DNA from: an uncultured Candidatus Saccharibacteria bacterium
GTDB lineage: Bacteria > Patescibacteriota > Minisyncoccia > Phycocordibacterales > UBA9973
Assembly: GCA_964348725.1 (NCBI GenBank)
Contig: CAYGDG010000005.1
Span: forward strand, 1-62,770
DNA length: 62,770 nucleotides
Direction of reading: 5' to 3'
Part shown: positions 9,008 to 16,533 of the stretch, in pieces
Layout: each line of letters begins with the position of its first letter
How positions within the stretch are numbered: position 1 is the first letter of the stretch
Translations under genes and position numbers: made by a program
The notes under the pieces: generated by a model
What the model saw: only the letters and a program-made list of their open reading frames with translations
Databases searched by the model: none
Told to the model about the DNA's origin: nothing

Positions 9008-9185
9008 AAATTTCGTCAGATTTACTGTAAGATTTAAAAAACTTATCTTTAGCGGCTCTTTTCCATAAATGTTCGTCATCTTCAACCATCTTTAAGTGCT
9101 TCAAAAGACTCTCGTACTGCAAGCGAGGGACGAGCATGAGGTCTTTTTCTTTTATTAGATTGTGGGGAATTGTTATCGTGGTCAT
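8994..9185 (-). CDS. Putative antitoxin paired with PemK
   Basis: 63 aa, overlaps the toxin start by 14 nt; TATAAT 6 nt upstream of ATG. Confidence 0.7.
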   Translation of the reverse strand: MTTITIPHNLIKEKDLMLVPRLQYESLLKHLKMVEDDEHLWKRAAKDKFFKSYSKSDEIYDQI

Positions 9186-9233
9186 ACGTTCATTATACCA
9201 AACACTCTATTTTTCTGCAAATTCTAGAAGTAG

Positions 9234-9260
9234 CAAAAATCCGCCTTCCGGCGGATTTTG
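9234..9260. terminator. Intrinsic terminator T1 (copy b)
   Basis: AAAAATCCGCC-TTCC-GGCGGATTTT. Confidence 0.75.
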
Positions 9261-9314
9261 TGCTTTATTTGATTTTATTCCTAGCAACTAGAACCTAGCC
9301 GCTAGAAACTAATC

Positions 9315-9485
9315 TTACATCCCCATCAGCTTCGCGCGGGACTTTGATCCGAAGATGCCGTCCGCGGTGAGGCCTTTTGCTTTTTGGAAAGCTTTGACAG
9401 CTTTCAGGGTAGCATTGCCGAAGAGAGTGGTTTCCATGCCTGGAGATCCGGCTCCACTTACGGAGACAGTAAATCCTGCGGCATT
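9315..9485 (-). pseudogene. 5'-truncated peptidoglycan-binding-domain fragment (copy 3)
   Basis: 171 bp, 5 mismatches versus 8438-8608, no start codon, capped by a family A palindrome. Confidence 0.8.
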
Positions 9486-9515
9486 GCTTCCGCAAGGACA
9501 GTCCTTGCGGAAGCA
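9485..9515. repeat. REP-like palindrome family A
   Basis: TGCTTCCGCAAGG-ACAGT-CCTTGCGGAAGCA. Confidence 0.9.
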
Positions 9516-9526
9516 GGAAATTAAGA

Positions 9527-11056
9527 TTACATTTCCAGCATGACGTTCATCTTTGCGCGAGACTTTGCGCCGAAGATGCCGTCAGCTTTGAGGCCGTTCT
9601 CTTTCTGGAAGAGTTTGATAGCGGCTTCGGTCTTTCCACCCCACTTGCCGTCAACGACGAGCAGCTTAGAAAGCTTCATAGCAAGGACTTTATTCAAGGC
9701 CTCCTGCAAGTGCATGACATTCGCTTTTGAACTTTTCTTAGTGACAGTCATAGTGATTACAGATACTGAACCGTCTGAATCGATAACAGTGACAGTAGGA
9801 ATAGTCGGGGTACCAGTCACTACTAGCTGCGCCAATGCGTCAGCAGTAACAGGAATTGAATTGATCGTCAGACCCGGATTAGCAGTGGTAGTTGTTGTAT
9901 TTGTAGTAGTCGTAGTTACGGTAGTACCGGTAGTAGAAGCATCCTCCACTGGATTTGAACCTACAACTGGAGTTCCTATGGTAGTAAATGTCCAGGAAAA
10001 AGGCATGCCGTACAAGCTATTTAAACCAGCTGCTGCATCCGTAGCAGCTGAAATTGTCGCTGTATATGTCTCATGATGAGGGAATGAGCTGTGTGCTAAA
10101 CTTACGGTCTTATCACCATTTGACCATGTGGGAGTGTAAGTAACTACAGGACTTGTGGCGAATGTGAGCGAACCAGTCGTCATTGGTTCAGAGAAAATGA
10201 CAGAAAGCGCACTTGTCCTGCTTATTCCTTTCGCAGTATCTGTAGGGGTAAGCGTGACAGCTATCGGTAGAGCGGAGTCAGCCAACGTCAGAGAAGACTT
10301 TGTAGGCACATCATTCAATGCTCCGTCTTCCAAACCATTGCCAGGCTGGGTGTAGGTGACTACAGGCAATGTAGCACCACCGGTAGTGTTTACCGTACCT
10401 GGGGTAGCCAAAGTTATAGTAAATGTAGAGGTGCCGTTTGTGGCGCAAGAGTCAGATGCGTTACGAGCGATTACTACAGTACCTGCAGTGTTTACTGTCA
10501 TGTCCACGTTACCAGTATATGCTGTACAAACCATACCGGTATCAGCAGTAGTCGTATATATTATGCGGTCTACAGCACCGTTATTGTTGTTGTCAGTAAA
10601 TACTCCAGTGAGGATGACTGGGGCCGCTCCGTCTGTAATAGACTGAGAAGCTTTTGCAGTCATTACCCCAGAAGTCAAAGTAACGCTTCCTGCTGTTCCT
10701 ACGTTTGCATAACTAATGATTGGAGCAGTAGATCCTCCAGTTTCATTAGCATCAGCAGTGACTAGAATATCAAGGTTGGTATCAGAACCAGTGCAGCTGA
10801 GACCAGTAATAGCTACATTAATGGAGCCTGCTGTGTTTACGGTCCAGTCCCCTGCTTCATATGCACAAGCTGTGACATTTTCATCCATCACCCAGCGAAT
10901 TTTTTCAACAGTCCCGTTTGTGTTTGCATCCAAATATGCTTTAGTAACAATTGTGTTAGCTGCATGCACTTTGTTCACGGAAACTAAACCGAATGAAGCG
11001 AACGCCAAAGCGAAGACGAACGCTACTATGGAAACATTTTTGAAATATAATTTCAT
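9527..11056 (-). CDS. Secreted surface protein: two D-x-N-x-N-G repeats, Ig-like (Big_5-type) domain, Thr linker, C-terminal peptidoglycan-binding domain
   Basis: Signal peptide; DANTNG and DNNNNG repeats; FSEPM...FSWTFTT; DGKWGGKTEAAIKLFQKENGLKADGIFG. Confidence 0.8.
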   Translation of the reverse strand: MKLYFKNVSIVAFVFALAFASFGLVSVNKVHAANTIVTKAYLDANTNGTVEKIRWVMDENVTACAYEAGDWTVNTAGSINVAITGLSCTGSDTNLDILVTADANETGGSTAPIISYANVGTAGSVTLTSGVMTAKASQSITDGAAPVILTGVFTDNNNNGAVDRIIYTTTADTGMVCTAYTGNVDMTVNTAGTVVIARNASDSCATNGTSTFTITLATPGTVNTTGGATLPVVTYTQPGNGLEDGALNDVPTKSSLTLADSALPIAVTLTPTDTAKGISRTSALSVIFSEPMTTGSLTFATSPVVTYTPTWSNGDKTVSLAHSSFPHHETYTATISAATDAAAGLNSLYGMPFSWTFTTIGTPVVGSNPVEDASTTGTTVTTTTTNTTTTTANPGLTINSIPVTADALAQLVVTGTPTIPTVTVIDSDGSVSVITMTVTKKSSKANVMHLQEALNKVLAMKLSKLLVVDGKWGGKTEAAIKLFQKENGLKADGIFGAKSRAKMNVMLEM

Positions 11057-11116
11057 ATTTTATAATTAAAACTAATAAATAATAAGACCTTAAGCGCTTA
11101 TAGTAAGAGCATAGAT

Positions 11117-11160
11117 ATTATAACAAATACAGCACTGTAAGCCCACTTAATTGTGGATAA
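11117..11160 (-). promoter_or_regulatory. Promoter with DnaA-type box (TTATCCACA-29 bp-TATAAT)
   Basis: Box 11152-11160, -10 at 11117-11122. Confidence 0.7.
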
Positions 11161-11182
11161 CCCTGTACTGCGCCTTACAACA

Positions 11183-11212
11183 CAAAAACCACCCGAAAGG
11201 GGTGGTTTTTGT
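11183..11212. terminator. Terminator after the S-layer-like gene
   Basis: AAAAACCACCC-GAAA-GGGGTGGTTTTTG. Confidence 0.8.
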
Positions 11213-11254
11213 TGCGTTTTATAGTTCCGCTAAACTTAGCTCATTCTCTAAGAA

Positions 11255-14200
11255 TTAGAGAGCTGAGAAAGAAGCGTTGACTGGAAGACCGCTCGTAGGA
11301 AGACCAGTGATGGTATCCTGAGTGTCTCCGTCTACATTTCCGTCATAACCGAGATCAGTCTCAGCTACGCTGTAGTCTATATCACCCAAAGCGGCAACAC
11401 CGAACGCTACGTTGTCCCCAGTAGCAACTGTGCCAGCTGAGAGATAGACCGTAATGTACTTGTATGAACCGCCGGAGATGGTAAAGCTTGAATCAAGAGA
11501 ACCGAAGTCTACGACGTTTGCTGAGTTATCAGTTCCATCGTTGTCAACCAAGGTGCTCAAGTAAGTGTTACCGTTCTCGTTGGATGAGTAGAGATTGTAA
11601 GTCCAGTCTGTAGCGGTGTGTGCACCGTTATCAGAAAGCTTTACATCTGTGATCGTGACCGCAGCAGAGCCGTAGTTCATGATCTTGAAGCGTGCAAGCT
11701 GAGTACCAGCAGCAACTGTAAGAGATGTATCAGCAGTAGGATATGTTCCTACTACGTTTACATCAAACGGTACGATGTTGGTAACAACACCGTTGTTGTT
11801 TACGACTGCGCCAGCGTAAGCTGGAGCGGAAGCTGTGGTAACACCCTTAGCTATAAGGTCAGTACCGTCAGAGCTGAGGGTCATAGAGAAGCTATCACCA
11901 AGAGTAGCGATACCTGGGCTCTGAACATCAGCTTTTGTGTATACATTCACTGGAGTGTTTGGAGAAACCGTCATACCGGAAGGCAGGAGGTTGTCCGCGC
12001 TAGTCCAAGTGTAGGTGCATACGTTAGATGTGCAGCTTGCAAACTGCGGAGCAGTTGCAAAAAGCGTCATTGTGCCATTACCAGACTGAGCATAGAGCTC
12101 AATATTAGCGAGATCAGTTACCTTGAGAGTACCAGTTGCAACTACACCAGTAGTGGTAGAAGTTGAAGAGATATCACCCGTAGTGTTATCAGTGAAAGCA
12201 ACAGCAGCAGCAGCAACAGCGGCGTGCGTAGCGATCACATTAGCGCCAGTGCCAGAGAAAGCAATGTTTCCGTTAGCATCATTAGCGCCAGTGATAGCTC
12301 TCATCGCAGTAGCGATCAAAGCAGCAGTGTTGTTTGTTGTCCTATTGATTTCAGCAGCATCATCAGAGCAGTCTGAATCTTCAGAACCAGTTGTGGTTTC
12401 GAATTCGATTACACACTGGCCGATGGTTACATCTTCTTCGTCAGCAGGGACAGCGCCTACAGCAACAGTTCTAGTAGCGCGAATACCTGCGTTCGCGATA
12501 GCTTTCAAAGTCAAAGTAGTGACCTTCTGAGCCTCGTACTGTGAGTTAAGTCTGAAAGCAAAAGCAGTAACATCCTGAGAACCAATGTTTACGTTACGAG
12601 CTACAGAAGGGGTAGCATTTGTACCAGACAAGACTGAGCTTGTGAGGGTACCAGCAGCTACTACAGTCATAGCCTGTCCGGATCCAGTACCGACCTGGTT
12701 TGCCAGAGTGATGCTGTTTCCAGTATCCTTACCAGTCGCAGTAACATTCTCGTCAGCGATCTTGAAAGTGTGTGATACTCCTGTTGCGGAAATCACATCT
12801 CCATAGAGCTTGAGGGTTACTGGGGTGGTGCGGGTTACGTATACTGGGTTGCTCAAGTTGAAAGTAACAGTGTTTGCGTTAACAGATGTTGAAGAAGTAG
12901 TGGTAAGAACATTACCAGTTGCATCCTTCAATGTGAGGTTTGCAATACCAGAGTAGTCAACACCGGAACCGAGAGTGTCGGTTACAGTAATGCTAGAGAT
13001 GCGTACATCTTCACCAGAAGAAGTAGCGTCAAACTGGAAGTTTGCAAGCTCTACTCCGTTCGTGCCTGCAACTACAGAAGTAGCGACAGGGGTAGAAAGA
13101 GTAGTTACATTTATCTTAGCAGACTGTACAGCACGAGTGTATCCATCAATAGCACTGACTGAAGGGTCGGTGATATCGTTGGTAAGCAAGCGCTTTACAG
13201 AAGTGATGTCAAAATCATTTACGAAGTAAGAGTCGGAGCTGGTAGCAGAAGAGCTAACATCAGCGACTACTTCGATAGTGTTTTCAGCACCAGCGTTCAA
13301 GATCGGATATGAAGACAGTGAGCGGCTAGAAGCAGTACCAGCAGCTGGGAAGTTAGTGGTATTTGCTGCTGCGCTGAATACGATAGCGCCGTTCACCTTT
13401 ACATATACAGTACCAGTCAAGTTGACTGATCCTGCATTCTGATCAAGACCGAAAGAAATTGCACGGAGTTCCATGCTCTCTCCTATAGGCTTTGCGATGT
13501 ACTTCGCAAGCACAACGCCAGTTGCTCCTGGAGTTACTGCAGTTGAGGAAGAATCAGAAGCGCGAGTGAATACAAATGAACCGGAAGCAACAGTGACTTT
13601 GTTGTACACAGAAGTCGTGTCACCGATAGGGAACGTTGTATCAATTGCGCCAGCGGCAGTAGGGAGAAGTCCTGCGCTAGTGGTTACGCCACGAACATCA
13701 ATATCATAGTCATTGTAAACTACAAACTGGATCGTGCGAGATGCGCCAGCGACGATTTTAGCTCTGACCCAGAAATCCTTAGTCTGACCTTTTGTGATCG
13801 AGTAAGGAGCAGTGAGTACGAACTGTACGTTCTGGCCGTTTGGCTGTGCGGTTGCAAGGATATTGCCTGCTGAATCAACAAGTTGTACGTCCTTGTAATC
13901 GGTAGCGGAAGCATTTCCGTTGTTCCAAAGAGTCAAGCCGTAGAGCTTAACATCTTCGTTGCTGGAAGTTTCCTGGATGCGGAATTTTGAAATGTCCTGA
14001 GAAGCGTTTGCATCAGCATTCAAGCTTGCGCCTGTGGAGTTAACAGGAAGCACGTCTACAGTCACAGTAGCGACTGAGTTTGTTCCGTTAACTATGCTCA
14101 TCTGATTACCAACAATTGGGAAGCTGCTGGTAACAGTACCACCAGAAACCATAACATCGGTAGCAGAATTTACATTGAAGCCAACTGTTCCAGTGTCAGT

Positions 14201-14983
14201 ACCGCTGAGGTTAACTTTAACCCAAACAGTCTGAGTAGTACCAGCAGCAACCACGATAGGATCGGTGACAAAAGTCATCGTCGCTACACCGTTAGCTCCG
14301 AGGGAGGTAACAACGTTTCCATGGCGCACACCAGAACCGTCATATACGGAGACACCGGAAATATTGGTGTTTGCGTAATAGCCAGTCTTGGTGAGGTTAA
14401 GACCAGTGATGTTAACAGAACCAGTTGTGCCATTAGCAATGCTAAGAGCAAGAACAGGATTGTTAGCAGTCTTGGTAGCAACTACAGCTGAAGCTGGATT
14501 GGAAGAGCTTAAAGCTACGGTAACCATACCAGTTACTGGAACAGTCGTGCCGTTAGGAGCCATTGAGCAATTGCTTGCCAATGTCATACCGTTAGGGCAG
14601 AGGCTACCTGGGGTCGCTGGATTAGCGACTACAGTACCAGCAGCTACGAGAGCAGCGCGGGACTTTGCTCCAAAGATGCCGTCAGCAACGAGGCTGTTTG
14701 CAGCTTGGAAAGTCTTCACGGCAGCCAATGTTGCATTGCCGAAGTAAGTGGTCTCCTTACCAGCGGAGCCGGCACCAGTGCCGTCTACGTTGTAACCTTT
14801 TTCGTTAAGCATCTCTTGGAGACACTTAACTTCTGAATTCTTCATACCTTTTTTCAAGAAGGTCATGGAGAAAGATGCGCAGCTTGCAGCGTTAGCTGTA
14901 TTTGCGAGAGCGAAAGCTCCGACAAACATAACTGCGAGCATCATCACTCCAAGGAGGAATTTTGATGTAAATGAATTACTCAT
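11255..14983 (-). CDS. Large S-layer-like surface protein with N-terminal peptidoglycan-binding domain
   Basis: Signal peptide; EVKCLQEMLN...FGNATLAAVKTFQ...DGIFG; repeated Thr/Ser/Ala-rich beta-sandwich modules. Confidence 0.85.
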   Translation of the reverse strand: MSNSFTSKFLLGVMMLAVMFVGAFALANTANAASCASFSMTFLKKGMKNSEVKCLQEMLNEKGYNVDGTGAGSAGKETTYFGNATLAAVKTFQAANSLVADGIFGAKSRAALVAAGTVVANPATPGSLCPNGMTLASNCSMAPNGTTVPVTGMVTVALSSSNPASAVVATKTANNPVLALSIANGTTGSVNITGLNLTKTGYYANTNISGVSVYDGSGVRHGNVVTSLGANGVATMTFVTDPIVVAAGTTQTVWVKVNLSGTDTGTVGFNVNSATDVMVSGGTVTSSFPIVGNQMSIVNGTNSVATVTVDVLPVNSTGASLNADANASQDISKFRIQETSSNEDVKLYGLTLWNNGNASATDYKDVQLVDSAGNILATAQPNGQNVQFVLTAPYSITKGQTKDFWVRAKIVAGASRTIQFVVYNDYDIDVRGVTTSAGLLPTAAGAIDTTFPIGDTTSVYNKVTVASGSFVFTRASDSSSTAVTPGATGVVLAKYIAKPIGESMELRAISFGLDQNAGSVNLTGTVYVKVNGAIVFSAAANTTNFPAAGTASSRSLSSYPILNAGAENTIEVVADVSSSATSSDSYFVNDFDITSVKRLLTNDITDPSVSAIDGYTRAVQSAKINVTTLSTPVATSVVAGTNGVELANFQFDATSSGEDVRISSITVTDTLGSGVDYSGIANLTLKDATGNVLTTTSSTSVNANTVTFNLSNPVYVTRTTPVTLKLYGDVISATGVSHTFKIADENVTATGKDTGNSITLANQVGTGSGQAMTVVAAGTLTSSVLSGTNATPSVARNVNIGSQDVTAFAFRLNSQYEAQKVTTLTLKAIANAGIRATRTVAVGAVPADEEDVTIGQCVIEFETTTGSEDSDCSDDAAEINRTTNNTAALIATAMRAITGANDANGNIAFSGTGANVIATHAAVAAAAVAFTDNTTGDISSTSTTTGVVATGTLKVTDLANIELYAQSGNGTMTLFATAPQFASCTSNVCTYTWTSADNLLPSGMTVSPNTPVNVYTKADVQSPGIATLGDSFSMTLSSDGTDLIAKGVTTASAPAYAGAVVNNNGVVTNIVPFDVNVVGTYPTADTSLTVAAGTQLARFKIMNYGSAAVTITDVKLSDNGAHTATDWTYNLYSSNENGNTYLSTLVDNDGTDNSANVVDFGSLDSSFTISGGSYKYITVYLSAGTVATGDNVAFGVAALGDIDYSVAETDLGYDGNVDGDTQDTITGLPTSGLPVNASFSAL

Positions 14984-15231
14984 AATTATTATTAATTTGC
15001 ATGCGCGTTAATTTGTTAGTTTCGACGTGCGCCGGTTTGTAATCCGGTGCACAACTAAGTTGCGCATATTTTATCAATCATCCCCTTTTTAATAAGAGAT
15101 GATTAGATATCTAAAATCTACTAATCGTTGAACACAAAAAACTATTTTATTTTCAACGATCATGCCCGCCGAAGGCGGACAAGTGTACGGCGAAACGCGA
15201 AAAAAAATTCGCGCCTTCCGAACACAGCTCC

Positions 15232-15276
15232 ATTATAATATGCCTGTAAATAACAGGGCAAATATAATGTGGATAA
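15232..15276 (-). promoter_or_regulatory. Promoter with DnaA-type box (TTATCCACA-30 bp-TATAAT) and ~240-nt leader
   Basis: Box 15268-15276, -10 at 15232-15237. Confidence 0.7.
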
Positions 15277-15472
15277 CTCATGCTTTTCAGCACGATTTAC
15301 CTGAAGCCTATATTCGCATATTTCAGGCGCAAATGCAACCTGTACAAATAGGAAGACTTCACTATATATAACGTATCAAAAGGAGGTATATTTCAGGTTT
15401 TTTACCGCACCACAGATTGTCTACTTTGCCAAGAAATAGCGGCTCCCCGCCACAGGCGGGCAGGCACCGCTT

Positions 15473-16342
15473 CTACCTGTCCTTTATAAAATATTTACTC
15501 CATCTTTTTTCCCCAACTTTTTTTAATAAACCATTTTGCACCATGGAGGCCAGCTCGCGCTGGAGGGTTTTCTCCCCGCAATTCGCGAGCGTGCCCTCCG
15601 CGGCAAGGCGGATGTCTGATATGGTAGCGCTTTTCTTCCCCTCCACGGCGGGCGAGTCTTTTATGATTTTCAAGATTTCATTTCGGCGATCTTTCTTTAG
15701 GACATCAAAATCAGATGTCCGTGAGGCAAGACCTAGCATGCTAGGTCTTGCCTCACCTGTTTTGTCTTTTATTTTGTCCGAGATGGCTTTCATAAGTGTG
15801 CCGCCTCTTTGTACGCCGATGCGCATGTTTCCCTCTTCTGGGGTGGCTCGGTGAAGAACCTCACCCCTGCCCCTCTCCTTATTAAGGAGAGGGGGAAAAT
15901 CCTCCACCTCCCCCTTTGGGTACTCCTCAAGAGGAGAATTAAAATCCAAAAACCCCTCCAAAGAAAACTCATGTTTTGGCTGGATTAATTTTTCAAATTC
16001 ACACGCCAAGATAGTGCGATTCATGTCTGAAATCATGCCCATGGTGCCGGCTATGTCCAAGAGCGCGATGATCGCATGAAACTTGGAAGTTGGACTTCCA
16101 CTTGGAAGTCCAACTTCCAAGTTTGTGTCCGATAGGACATCCGTACCAAGAGAACGCAGTTTCAGCCTTATAGGTTCAGTATTGTCCATTATGTCCGTTA
16201 CCATGTAGAGCGCAGTTATAAGCTTTTTAAGCTTTTCGGACCCCTCCCTTCGCCCTCCCCTTACTAAGGGGAGGGTTGGGGTGGGGTACACATTGTCCGA
16301 GAGATTTTTTGCGTTGTGTTCGCCGTTATTCATGAAGTCCAT
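15473..16342 (-). CDS. Hypothetical protein with C-terminal winged helix, carrying several in-frame palindromic insertions
   Basis: KLKKLITALYMVTD N-terminal domain; RRNEILKII...EKTLQRELASMV..GLLKKVGEKRWSKY wHTH. Confidence 0.8.
   Translation of the reverse strand: MDFMNNGEHNAKNLSDNVYPTPTLPLVRGGRREGSEKLKKLITALYMVTDIMDNTEPIRLKLRSLGTDVLSDTNLEVGLPSGSPTSKFHAIIALLDIAGTMGMISDMNRTILACEFEKLIQPKHEFSLEGFLDFNSPLEEYPKGEVEDFPPLLNKERGRGEVLHRATPEEGNMRIGVQRGGTLMKAISDKIKDKTGEARPSMLGLASRTSDFDVLKKDRRNEILKIIKDSPAVEGKKSATISDIRLAAEGTLANCGEKTLQRELASMVQNGLLKKVGEKRWSKYFIKDR
15721..15756. repeat. REP-like palindrome family B (AGG-CAAGA-CCT dimer), in frame
   Basis: Perfect 36-bp palindrome GTGAGGCAAGACCTAGCA|TGCTAGGTCTTGCCTCAC. 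Confidence 0.9.
16079..16124. repeat. REP-like palindrome family C (GGAAG-TCCAA-CTTCC dimer), in frame
   Basis: 22-bp perfect arms with a 2-nt centre. Confidence 0.9.
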
Positions 16343-16378
16343 TATATATAGGACAGGTAAAATAGCAAGCTGAATTTT

Positions 16379-16500
16379 TTCCCCTCCTTGAGTAAGGAGG
16401 GGTGGCTTTTGTAATCAAAAGCCGGGGTGGTAATTCTGCATTCAAATCACCACCTCGCCCGACAAGTCGGGCACTCCTCCTCGGAAAGGAGGAGAGGAAA
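16379..16500. repeat. Inverted pair of family D composite elements between divergent genes
   Basis: CCCCTCCTT..AAGGAGGGG-TGGCTTTT..AAAAGCCGGGGTGGT and CACCACCTCGCCCGAC..GTCGGGCACTCCTCCT..AGGAGGAG. Confidence 0.75.
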
Positions 16501-16533
16501 ACGCATAACAAATTTTTATGATAAAATACTCCC

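Noticed and set aside
7747-9515. Repeated 29-37 bp units considered as a CRISPR array
   Set aside because: Spacing is irregular, the intervals contain whole genes, the repeat is protein-coding or palindromic, and no cas gene is present
5159-15276. DnaA boxes as a replication origin
   Set aside because: Boxes are single and kilobases apart, with no dnaA or dnaN in the window
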